Of a stretch of 34,332 bases of DNA, positions 1 to 7,878 are shown one piece after another. The notes beneath the pieces were generated by a model. The model was not told where the DNA came from and searched no databases. It saw only the letters and a list, made by a program, of their open reading frames with translations. Made by a program: the position numbers and the translations under genes. This DNA is from an archaeon. GTDB lineage: Archaea > Hydrothermarchaeota > Hydrothermarchaeia > Hydrothermarchaeales > BMS3B. The stretch's first letter is position 1. Each line of letters begins with the position of its first letter. The DNA is taken from positions 1-34,332 of the forward strand of contig JALSIP010000009.1 of the NCBI GenBank assembly GCA_026989875.1, in the 5' to 3' direction.

Positions 1-81
1 CACCTGCCTGTGTGGGTACCACCCCGCCTTAGAGAAGGCTTTTGCGGCTTCCTTTCCGGAGATGACCGGCAGCTTTGGCAT
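1..81 (-). CDS. hicA: HicA family toxin, N-terminal part (runs off the window edge)
   Basis: Manual translation from ATG at 81 (overlaps the hicB stop as TGATG): MPKLPVISGKEAAKAFSKAGW..., a typical HicA N-terminus. Not in the ORF track. Confidence 0.8.
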   Translation of the reverse strand, partial: MPKLPVISGKEAAKAFSKAGWYPHRQV

Positions 82-299
82 CAAACCACAACTTCAACAA
101 CCTTAGAATGCGGTTTAGAAGCAGCTTCTTTCACGACATCTTCCGCCAGCGATTCAAGGCAAGCCTGAATAGCCTCCTTGATGTTCTCCAGGGCTTCCTC
201 TATGGTATCGCCCTGAGAGTGGCACCCCGGTAAAGCAGGGCAGCTAACCACGTAGCCCCCGACCTCTTTATCCTCCTCAATAACAACCTTGAACTTCAT
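81..299 (-). CDS. hicB: HicB family antitoxin (short form)
   Basis: MKFKVVIEED..GGYVVSCPALPGCHSQGDTIEEALENIKEAI signature. Start set at ATG 299 behind a GAGGGTAGGGGG RBS. Confidence 0.9.
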   Translation of the reverse strand: MKFKVVIEEDKEVGGYVVSCPALPGCHSQGDTIEEALENIKEAIQACLESLAEDVVKEAASKPHSKVVEVVV

Positions 300-348
300 A
301 CCCCCTACCCTCAACTTTAACAATTTCACATGAAATGGAGAGGCGGCC

Positions 349-504
349 CTACTGCTGTTTGTTCCCTTTCAGCTCCACTATTATCTCCTTTATTACCAGC
401 TCTTTGATCTCCTGCACAAGCTTCTCCTTCTCGGAGAGCACGCCCGGGGGGTGTACCGTTTGTGGAGCAGGCTTGCTATCCTGAAATTGCCCATCTTCCC
501 TCAT
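349..504 (-). CDS. Small hypothetical ORF (51 aa), possibly a gene remnant
   Basis: MREDGQFQDSKPAPQTVHPPGVLSEKEKLVQEIKELVIKEIIVELKGNKQQ. Its ATG overlaps the MNT pseudogene stop (TGATG). Confidence 0.35.
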   Translation of the reverse strand: MREDGQFQDSKPAPQTVHPPGVLSEKEKLVQEIKELVIKEIIVELKGNKQQ

Positions 505-805
505 CACACCTGAACCCCTTCAGTCTCCGCCCAGTAATATACAAAACCTGTTAATCCCTTGTATCTCTCAAAGGTTTCCTTATCCACAATCAGTATCTCT
601 GGTATGTTTTCACCTATAGCCAGAATTTATCTTCCAACTTTCTTTCCAGTTTATTTCCAGTTACCACCAGAATATCCCAGTCGCTTCCTTCAGAGTAGTC
701 TCCCCTTGCTCTCGAACCGAAGAGAATTATTCTCTCCACCTAAATCCCATATTTTTCCGCTGTTTTCAGAATTATCTCCCTTATCTTCTTCAGCTTTTCT
801 TCCAT
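504..805 (-). pseudogene. Minimal nucleotidyltransferase (MNT antitoxin) pseudogene
   Basis: MEEKLKKIREIILKTAEKYGI*VERIILFGSRARGDYSEGSDWDILVV... carries the GS..DxD motif. In-frame TAG at 740-742 and a frame break near 615-630. The C-terminus (EILIVDKETFERYKGLTGFVYYWAETEGVQV*) is in another frame. Confidence 0.8.
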
Positions 806-808
806 AGT

Positions 809-871
809 TTAAACACCCTCTACCTCAAGCTTTTCCGAGATAAACTTCCTTACTTTTTCTGCCATCTCTAT
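809..871 (-). pseudogene. Probable C-terminal remnant of a HEPN-domain gene
   Basis: IEMAEKVRKFISEKLEVEGV* resembles the last helix of HEPN toxins and lies directly upstream of the MNT gene. Confidence 0.45.
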
Positions 872-981
872 ATAAATAATGCCGCTCTGTTCACAGGAGT
901 TATGCCTGCTTTGATCTTTAAAACGTTAGAAAGCAGCATCCATTTGGAGTTCCTCAGATCCGGAATCAGAGGAGCTTCCAT
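868..981 (-). mobile_element. Short N-terminal remnant of an archaeal IS (IS5-like) transposase
   Basis: MEAPLIPDLRNSKWMLLSNVLK(I)KAGITPVNRA resembles, from memory, the PLIPD..KW.LL N-terminus of euryarchaeal transposases. Truncated after 37 codons. Confidence 0.45.
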
Positions 982-1185
982 GTTTTTTCACCCAGGGAAG
1001 GGTTTATCCCTTCCCATATTTAAATGTTGCGATTGGTCTTTAGTTAGTTTTGGATCGTGGGAATGATTCAGGTGTACTTTTGATGGAAAAGAAAATCTCT
1101 TGATAAACAATGAAAATGAGAGTGGATTATTACAAACTTTAATGGGGGGCTGACAAGGGGGTTATTTTTTATATTTTTTTATATT

Positions 1186-2037
1186 TCATAAAGCTTTAAT
1201 TTGTGGTATCCCTAAATCTACCATCCAGCTTTGTATCGCTTTTTTAACTGTGTTAGGATCATCAATATCAAACTCTTTCCAGATCTTTCCTAAAATATCT
1301 GCATTAATATTCTGAAATGTTTTTTCTTTTAGTAATAAAACTTTTTTGCCCTTTGCCATCATATAACCATACTCTAAAGCCACATTTGGATTCATCTCAT
1401 TATAATATAAGTTTTCCAATACAGCAATACCGTATCCACATCCATTTAAATAAATCTGGATATTATCCCACAAATATCCAGTATCTGAATAATCTTTTTC
1501 ATCTGCTCTAACAGCCTCTAAACCATATTTATCTAGTTCAAGTTTAATTGAAGTATACAAATTTTCTAATTTTTTATCTCTATCTGGATCACCACCAGAA
1601 AATTTCATCATTATAAATACTGTCTTTTCTGGTCTGTGTTCTTTTAAAAATTTTAGAAGACCTTTTTCTATTGATTTCGATAACGTAGAATCTTTTTTTA
1701 TTTTGAAATTGTTTTCATTTGTTTCATGCAACTCTTCTTTCACTTTTAACAAATTTCTCAGCGGGTCGTTTTCTTCAGTTAATTCATTTATGAATTCTTG
1801 AAGTAGACGTATCTTTTCTTTTTCATCTATCGGCTGTTCTCCGAGTGTCATAACCCAATCGTATATTTTTTGAGAGCGTGCAGAAGTAATTGTTTGATGT
1901 GGATGATAAGAAACGGGAAAATCAAAAATTGCCGTTGCTATACCATCTATTCTCTTAAGAGTTGTTTTGTCTTTTAATTCTTCCCCTAATTTAAAACCTA
2001 TTAATTTAAAATTAATTTTTTTATTATGCTCTGTCAT
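1186..2037 (-). CDS. Hypothetical protein with C-terminal TIR-like / nucleoside 2-deoxyribosyltransferase-like domain
   Basis: VFIMMKF...AVRADE...LWDNI...NPNVALEYGYMMAKGKKVLLL motif set. Strongly AT-rich compared with the rest of the window. Confidence 0.65.
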   Translation of the reverse strand: MTEHNKKINFKLIGFKLGEELKDKTTLKRIDGIATAIFDFPVSYHPHQTITSARSQKIYDWVMTLGEQPIDEKEKIRLLQEFINELTEENDPLRNLLKVKEELHETNENNFKIKKDSTLSKSIEKGLLKFLKEHRPEKTVFIMMKFSGGDPDRDKKLENLYTSIKLELDKYGLEAVRADEKDYSDTGYLWDNIQIYLNGCGYGIAVLENLYYNEMNPNVALEYGYMMAKGKKVLLLKEKTFQNINADILGKIWKEFDIDDPNTVKKAIQSWMVDLGIPQIKAL

Positions 2038-2353
2038 TATGTAGAATTTCTGATGCGGAGATATATATAAATTTTTTGAGCAAAAAGGTACAAAAACAAT
2101 TTGAAAATATCGGCCTTATTTTAATCTGAATTGTCCAGAAAGATTGCAAAACGTTAAGTAGTATAGTTTAAGGAATAAATCCCTCCTATTGGACCTATAC
2201 CCAAACCTGTAAACCTGTATAAACCATATCCCCACGCCTTCAGTATGGCGCCATGATAGCCTGAGCCACTCAACATAACTTTCATGCTGTAAAATTATTC
2301 CTGAAAATAAAGCATAAGTACCACTCACACCCAGATTTCTGTGGGGATGATTG

Positions 2354-3019
2354 ATGCAGGGGGTGCGCATGGACGATAACGGAGAGTTTCTGCGGGTTCT
2401 GCTGAGCATAGAATCTGAAGGCTGCGTCATCCACAGGCTTGCTGCCAGGCATCCCTGGGTTGAATTCAGGGTGGCAGAGAGGCACGTTCTCCCTGGCGGC
2501 GGAATGCTTGCAGGCATGGTTGTGCGGAGCGGTGAGGCTGTGCGGGAGTTTCTCGGTGAGCTTGCTGCCTGTGATGAGGTCAGGTTTCTTCAGCCTGTTT
2601 ACATTGCTGGCGGGTATCTCAGGCTCAGGCTGGAATTCAAGTGCGATTCCTGCGTGGTATGCAGAATAGCTGAGATGCTGCGCATCCCTCCAGAAGAAAT
2701 CTCGTGCAGCAATGGCAGAGTCGCAGCGGCGTTTATACTGAAGAACGGCGAAGAGCTGCGCACCATGGTGGCGCACCTGCGGGAGATGAGAGCAAACTTC
2801 AGGGTGCTTGAAGTCAGACGCGGATGCTTTAGCCCCCGGGAAGTGCAGCTCACCGATAGGCAGCTTGAGATTCTCAGGTATGCATACCGTGCGGGATACT
2901 TTGACCGTGACAGGAGAGTCAACCTGCAGCACATCGCCAGGCACTTCGGTCTGAGCCCTGCCACCATCGGCGTGCACATGAGGAGCGCCATCAAAAAGAT
3001 ACTTAAAAGGGTGATATAA
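2354..3019 (+). CDS. Bacterio-opsin-activator (HTH-10) type transcriptional regulator with Cys-rich N-terminal domain
   Basis: C-terminal LTDRQLEILRYAYRAGYFDRDRRVNLQHIARHFGLSPATIGVHMRSA HTH. N-terminal GC and CDSCVVC cysteines. Confidence 0.85.
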   Translation: MQGVRMDDNGEFLRVLLSIESEGCVIHRLAARHPWVEFRVAERHVLPGGGMLAGMVVRSGEAVREFLGELAACDEVRFLQPVYIAGGYLRLRLEFKCDSCVVCRIAEMLRIPPEEISCSNGRVAAAFILKNGEELRTMVAHLREMRANFRVLEVRRGCFSPREVQLTDRQLEILRYAYRAGYFDRDRRVNLQHIARHFGLSPATIGVHMRSAIKKILKRVI

Positions 3020-3028
3020 GGTGAGGAC

Positions 3029-3883
3029 ATGAGAGAGTACCTGGGGATGTTCAAGCTCCGCATAGTTGCCCTGCTCGTGTTCGTCGCTATGGTGGCTGCA
3101 GCGGTTGGCTCGGGGGGCAGCCTCCAGGTTGAGCGGCTGCTACTGCTTTTTGCAGCAGGTGCTCTTGCATCAATGGGAGCAAGCGTGCTGAACCACTATT
3201 TTGACCGGGACATAGACGCGCTTGTCCCCAGAACCAGCAACAGACCACTTCCCTCAGGCAGGATTAAGCCCAGCACCGCATGCTGGCTCGGTGTTTTGCT
3301 GGTGGGTACCTCTCTGCTCCTGTCATCACGCCTGAACTACCTCACCACCATGTACATACTTGCTGGAGCGCTGGTTTACGTTCTGGTTTATACTGTGTGG
3401 CTCAAAAGGCGCAGCGCCCTGAACATAGTCATAGGGGGTCTCGCCGGTAGCTGTGCCGTACTTGCTGGATATGCGGCAATCCGTGGCGACACCACCCTGC
3501 TCGCCCTGCTGCTTGCCCTTCTGATATTCCTGTGGACTCCGCCCCACTTCTGGGCATTTGCCATAGCCAAGAGCTCTGACTACACCAGAGCTGGAGTGCC
3601 CATGCTGCCGGTGAAGTACGGGAATGACAGAGCAGCAAAGCTGATAGTCATGCACACCGTGCTGCTGGTTCAGGCGTCCCTGCTGCTCTACGCCTTCGGC
3701 TACTTCGGCGGATTGTATCTGGTGGTGGCGGTTGTTCTGGGGGTTTTGCTGCTGGCTTTCAATCTGAAGCTGCTCGCCACCAGAAGCACAGGCTGGGCAT
3801 GGAGAAGCTACAGGTTCTCAGGTATATATCTTATAGTCCTGTTCACAGCCATACTGCTGGATGCACTATTTAAACAGGCTTAA
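3029..3883 (+). CDS. ctaB: Protoheme IX farnesyltransferase (heme O synthase)
   Basis: LNHYFDRDID..RT.NRPLPSG, YTVWLKRR, FLWTPPHFWA and DY..AGVPMLPV motifs. Confidence 0.95.
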   Translation: MREYLGMFKLRIVALLVFVAMVAAAVGSGGSLQVERLLLLFAAGALASMGASVLNHYFDRDIDALVPRTSNRPLPSGRIKPSTACWLGVLLVGTSLLLSSRLNYLTTMYILAGALVYVLVYTVWLKRRSALNIVIGGLAGSCAVLAGYAAIRGDTTLLALLLALLIFLWTPPHFWAFAIAKSSDYTRAGVPMLPVKYGNDRAAKLIVMHTVLLVQASLLLYAFGYFGGLYLVVAVVLGVLLLAFNLKLLATRSTGWAWRSYRFSGIYLIVLFTAILLDALFKQA

Positions 3884-3928
3884 TATTTTAATACAACCTT
3901 TAATTTCTATGTGTACATCCGTTAAATC

Positions 3929-4078
3929 ATGGTGGCTGATGGGGGTAATGAGGAAATTCCTTTCATGCAGAGGTTTCTGGACAACATGTGGTTGCTGCTG
4001 ATTCTGAGTTTTGCCATACTTGCGGTGTCCTACGTGGGATGGGGAATTCTGGAAGCACTTAACGTTCCCAGCAGGTGA
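3929..4078 (+). CDS. Small single-TM protein associated with the heme-copper oxidase (49 aa)
   Basis: Manual translation MVADGGNEEIPFMQRFLDNMWLLLILSFAILAVSYVGWGILEALNVPSR. First gene after an AT-rich promoter and followed by the RBS of subunit II. Confidence 0.75.
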   Translation: MVADGGNEEIPFMQRFLDNMWLLLILSFAILAVSYVGWGILEALNVPSR

Positions 4079-4091
4079 AGGAGGTGCCGGG

Positions 4092-4622
4092 ATGAGTGTC
4101 GCTCCCCCTCAGGGTGTGTGGTGGAAGGAGAGGACGCCCAGGGAGGAGAAGCTCTGGGTTGCCATAGCCTTGGTGTGGGCGATTGTGATGTTTGTGATGA
4201 TGCCCCTGTGGCACATCTACGGCAAGCAGAACCCCTCCACAGAGACCTACAGGGTTTCACCGGAAGAATATGTGAGACTCACCCAGGAGTTCATAGAGAA
4301 GTATAAGGTGGGTGAGGAGAATGGCGTTCCCGTTGTGGAGCCGCCGCCGGGGAGCGATGTGTACCTGCTGGGCAGGCAGTTCAGCTGGGAGCCCATAATC
4401 AGGCTCAAAAAGGGTGAAACTTATCGCTTACACCTATCCTCGGCTGATGTGCTCCACGGCTTCTCGGTCTATCCAATGAACATCAACTTCATGGTGATAC
4501 CCGGCTACGACTACGTGCTCACCGTGACGCCAACCCAGGCGGGAGTTTACAGCGTGGTGTGCAACGAGTACTGCGGGTTGGGGCACCAGGTAATGGTTGG
4601 AAAGATTATAGTGGTGGAGTGA
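4092..4622 (+). CDS. Heme-copper oxidase subunit II (CuA), B-family/eNOR type
   Basis: One TM helix, then DVLHGF...CNEYCGLGHQVM CuA motif. Start at ATG 4092 after GGAGGTG. Confidence 0.93.
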   Translation: MSVAPPQGVWWKERTPREEKLWVAIALVWAIVMFVMMPLWHIYGKQNPSTETYRVSPEEYVRLTQEFIEKYKVGEENGVPVVEPPPGSDVYLLGRQFSWEPIIRLKKGETYRLHLSSADVLHGFSVYPMNINFMVIPGYDYVLTVTPTQAGVYSVVCNEYCGLGHQVMVGKIIVVE

Positions 4623-4631
4623 GGTGACGAT

Positions 4632-6146
4632 ATGAGCGATGATTTCAGGACCTGCCCTGTGACGGGATTTAAGGTGCATCTGCCTGCTGAGAGGCTCATC
4701 AAGGTCAACGCAGTTACGGCGGTGGTGGCGCTTCTTGTGGGGGCGATTATGGCGCTCTTAGTGGCGCTCACCAGGTGGGAGACCGTGCACCTGCTGCGCC
4801 CCTTAGACTACTACAAGTTCTTAACCCTGCACGGCTGGAACATGCTGGGATTCTGGATAATATTCTTTGAGGTGGCAGTGCTCTACTTCGCCGGCGCTAT
4901 AATGCTCAACTCCCGTCTTGCCTCGCCGAAGCTCGGCTGGCTGGCGTATGCGCTCATGCTGGTGGGTGCTGCTGGCACTAACATTACTGTTCTCATGAAT
5001 CCAGCGAAGAACGCGATAATGTTCACCTCCTACGTGCCTCTGAAGGCAACCCCCGGCTACTACCTCTCGGTAATCCTCTTCGCCGTTGGCGCACTGCTTG
5101 CGGTTTTCAACTTCCTGGCGACGCTGTACATTGCCAGGAAGGAGAGGACCTACCGGGGCTCTCTTCCCTTAGTGGTCTTCGGCGCCCTGACGGCGGCAAT
5201 AATAGCGGTGAGCACCCTGCTCTTCGGCGCCGCTGCGCTGGTTCCCACCCTCTTCTGGTCCATGGGCATATCCCCCACCTGGGATGCACTAACCTACAGG
5301 ATAGTCTTCTGGGCTTTCGGGCACCCCTCGCAGCAGATAAACGTGGCGGCAATGATAGCAATCTGGTACCTGCTCGCCTACCTCACCGTAGGGGGCACGA
5401 CGATAAGCGAGAAGTTCTCCCGTCTTGCGTTTCTCTTCTACATCCTCTTCATCAACATCGCCTCGGCGCACCACCTGCTGGTTGACCCTGGCGTAAGCTC
5501 CGCCTGGAAGATATGGAACACCAGCTATGCCATGTACTTAGCGGTGCTTGCGAGCATGATGCACGCTTTTGCTGTGCCTGCGGCGATAGAGGTGGCGCAG
5601 CGCAGGAAGGGCTTCAACCGCGGCTTATTTGAATGGCTGTGGAAGGCACCCTGGAAGAACCCCTCCTTCTCGGCGCTCATCCTCTCAATAGTAATCTTTG
5701 GCTTCCTGGGCGGGATAAGCGGCGTGATTCAGGGCACGGAGCAGCTCAACATAAGGTTCCACAACACCCTTGCGGTGCCCGGCCACTTCCACGGCACAGT
5801 CGCAGGTGGCACAACTCTGGCGTTCATGGGCATAACCTACTACGTGCTTCCGCTGATATTCAGGCGCGAGGTTGTGGGCAAGAGCCTGGCGGTGTACCAG
5901 CCCTGGATATTCGGCATAGGCATAGCTCTGGTCTCCATAGGCATGCAGGGCGCTGGTCTATACGGTGTGCCCAGGAGGCATGCGGACATAACCAGCTTCG
6001 GCGGCTCCGTCTTTGCCTTTGACTACGACCCCACCGCCTACTTCTGGCTTTCCCTGCTGGGCATTGGCGGCATCCTCGCCTTCACCGGAGCGCTGCTATT
6101 CGTTCTAATAGCTGTTGCCACGCTGATTAAGGGAAGGAGGCTCTGA
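4632..6146 (+). CDS. Heme-copper oxidase subunit I, eNOR-type (putative nitric oxide reductase)
   Basis: All six His ligands present (LTLHG, FGHP, AHHL, GHFHG), but helix VI reads HPSQQ without the cross-linking Tyr of O2 reductases. Confidence 0.88.
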   Translation: MSDDFRTCPVTGFKVHLPAERLIKVNAVTAVVALLVGAIMALLVALTRWETVHLLRPLDYYKFLTLHGWNMLGFWIIFFEVAVLYFAGAIMLNSRLASPKLGWLAYALMLVGAAGTNITVLMNPAKNAIMFTSYVPLKATPGYYLSVILFAVGALLAVFNFLATLYIARKERTYRGSLPLVVFGALTAAIIAVSTLLFGAAALVPTLFWSMGISPTWDALTYRIVFWAFGHPSQQINVAAMIAIWYLLAYLTVGGTTISEKFSRLAFLFYILFINIASAHHLLVDPGVSSAWKIWNTSYAMYLAVLASMMHAFAVPAAIEVAQRRKGFNRGLFEWLWKAPWKNPSFSALILSIVIFGFLGGISGVIQGTEQLNIRFHNTLAVPGHFHGTVAGGTTLAFMGITYYVLPLIFRREVVGKSLAVYQPWIFGIGIALVSIGMQGAGLYGVPRRHADITSFGGSVFAFDYDPTAYFWLSLLGIGGILAFTGALLFVLIAVATLIKGRRL

Positions 6147-6148
6147 AG

Positions 6149-6268
6149 ATGGAGGAAGAGGTAAGACCGAAGGGCACTCTCGCGCTGGTGCTGCTCTTCT
6201 TCGTGGTGTTTGTGCTCTTCTACGTGGTCAACTGGATATGGCTCAGCGGTGTATGGGTGCTGAGGTAG
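6149..6268 (+). CDS. Subunit IIa-like single-helix protein (39 aa)
   Basis: Manual translation MEEEVRPKGTLALVLLFFVVFVLFYVVNWIWLSGVWVLR. The PKG-hydrophobic pattern resembles ba3 oxidase subunit IIa. Starts 2 nt after subunit I. Confidence 0.8.
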   Translation: MEEEVRPKGTLALVLLFFVVFVLFYVVNWIWLSGVWVLR

Positions 6269-6281
6269 CGGAGGAGCAGAG

Positions 6282-7541
6282 TTGAACAGCGCCCACCTCC
6301 ACCGCTGGCTCCTCTTTTCTGTTTTTTCACTTGTTTTTGCCGGCGTCTTTGCCTTCTTCGCCGCCATGGCGCGCACCCCTGCGGTCAGGCTCTTCCCTGT
6401 GGAGGAGCTCTTCAGGGTAGCGCTGGTGGTGCACGTTATCTTCGCCGTTGTCATCTGGTTTCTGGGCTTCAAGGCAGTGCTCTGGTGCTACTGCGCTGCC
6501 GGAAGGGGCTCAGCTGTCAGCCGCCTGTGGAGCTATGGACTGTATGCCGCCATCGCCGGTATGCTCATGGTGGCAGCCTCACCGCTCTTCAGCGCCAGGC
6601 CTCTGCTCATAGACTACATCCCTCTGCTGCTGCACCCCCTCTACTTCGGAGGGCTCATTCTCATTGCCCTGGGAATGAGCGCCGTTGCCCTGGCATACAT
6701 AAAGCACTCTACGGGTGTGAAGCTTGACCTGCCCTCCTACACGATGCTGCTTGCAGCCTTCGTGCTCTTCGTGACCTTCCTCAGCTTCTTCTCCTCCGCC
6801 TTTATCAACGGCACCGACTACCGCGCCCTCGTCTGGGGTCCGGGGCACATCTTCCAGGTAGCGAGCACCTTAGCGATGGCTGCTGCCTGGTTTATCCTGC
6901 TGCGGGAAACCCTGGGCAGGGACCTGGACTCCCCGCCGGTGAGGAGGCTTCTCCTCCTCTACCTTGCGGTGGCAATGCTCATGCCGGGCATCTACTTCTT
7001 CCCCCGCTCTGAGCAGTTCTGGCTGTTCACCCGGGCGATGATGTACGGGATAGCTCTTCCGAGCGTCTTCGTGGGGCTTCTGGTGCTCAGAGCCCTGGCG
7101 GAGCAGCCATCGCTGGAGCTGCGCAACCCTGAGGTGGCATCCTTAGTGTATTCCTCAGTTCTCTTCGGCACCGGCGGTGCCATGGGTTTCTTTGCCACGA
7201 GTGCTGACCTGCGCGTTCCGGCTCACTACCACGGTGTGCTCGGCGCGGTAACCCTCGCCTTTATGGGTGCCACCTACCTGCTCCTGAGGAAGCTGGACAT
7301 ACCCTACAGCCGCCGTGCTGCCATGCTCCAGCCCCACCTCTACGGAGCGGGTCTGCTGCTTATAATCTCAGGCCTCTTCTGGGCTGGGATGCAGAGCGCC
7401 CCTCGCAAGACGGTTGAGTATGCGGACTCTGCCACCAGACTTGCCATGAACCTCATGGGACTCGGCTCTGTTGTGGCGGTGGTGGGCGGCGCCGCCTTCG
7501 TGGGCGTTGTGCTCCTGGCGCTGCTCAGGGCTGGCAGGTGA
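6282..7541 (+). CDS. Divergent heme-copper oxidase subunit I-like membrane protein lacking the CuB His-His pair
   Basis: VVHVIF, WGPGHIFQ and VPAHYHG..GAVTLAFMG retained. No HH motif. 419 aa. Confidence 0.8.
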   Translation: MNSAHLHRWLLFSVFSLVFAGVFAFFAAMARTPAVRLFPVEELFRVALVVHVIFAVVIWFLGFKAVLWCYCAAGRGSAVSRLWSYGLYAAIAGMLMVAASPLFSARPLLIDYIPLLLHPLYFGGLILIALGMSAVALAYIKHSTGVKLDLPSYTMLLAAFVLFVTFLSFFSSAFINGTDYRALVWGPGHIFQVASTLAMAAAWFILLRETLGRDLDSPPVRRLLLLYLAVAMLMPGIYFFPRSEQFWLFTRAMMYGIALPSVFVGLLVLRALAEQPSLELRNPEVASLVYSSVLFGTGGAMGFFATSADLRVPAHYHGVLGAVTLAFMGATYLLLRKLDIPYSRRAAMLQPHLYGAGLLLIISGLFWAGMQSAPRKTVEYADSATRLAMNLMGLGSVVAVVGGAAFVGVVLLALLRAGR

Positions 7542-7878
7542 AGTTTATCGCATCCATGGGGCAGGCGTCTATGCAGGCTCTGCAGGGCTTCTCCGCATCG
7601 GGGTTTCTAACCCTCTCGCACCTGTTCATGTCCACCTCTACTGCAACACCCTCCCCTATGCGCATCACCATCCCCTCACCGCTTTCCCCCTTACCCCCTC
7701 CCACACCGCCCCTGAGGGCGTTCACGGGGCATGCAACCACGCAGTTGCCGCAGCCGTTGCACAGCTCTTCCAGCACCACCATCTTTATCCTCCTCTCCCC
7801 CCGCAGCACGGGCAGCAGCTTCAGGAGGAGCAGCAGGAAGAAGGCGGACAGCAGCAGGGCTACCGGCGTGGCATCCAT
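7525..7878 (-). CDS. Membrane-anchored 2x[4Fe-4S] ferredoxin
   Basis: N-terminal TM helix; CNGCGNCVVACP and C...CRACIDACP motifs. Confidence 0.85.
   Translation of the reverse strand: MDATPVALLLSAFFLLLLLKLLPVLRGERRIKMVVLEELCNGCGNCVVACPVNALRGGVGGGKGESGEGMVMRIGEGVAVEVDMNRCERVRNPDAEKPCRACIDACPMDAINFTCQP

Noticed and set aside
740-742. Pyrrolysine read-through of the TAG in the MNT gene
   Set aside because: The gene has a second lesion (frame break) and no pyl genes are visible; decay is the simpler explanation.
559-807. 82-aa plus-strand ORF
   Set aside because: It is the antisense shadow of the MNT pseudogene.
4092-6146. Aerobic ba3-type cytochrome c oxidase
   Set aside because: The catalytic helix VI Tyr is absent (HPSQQ).
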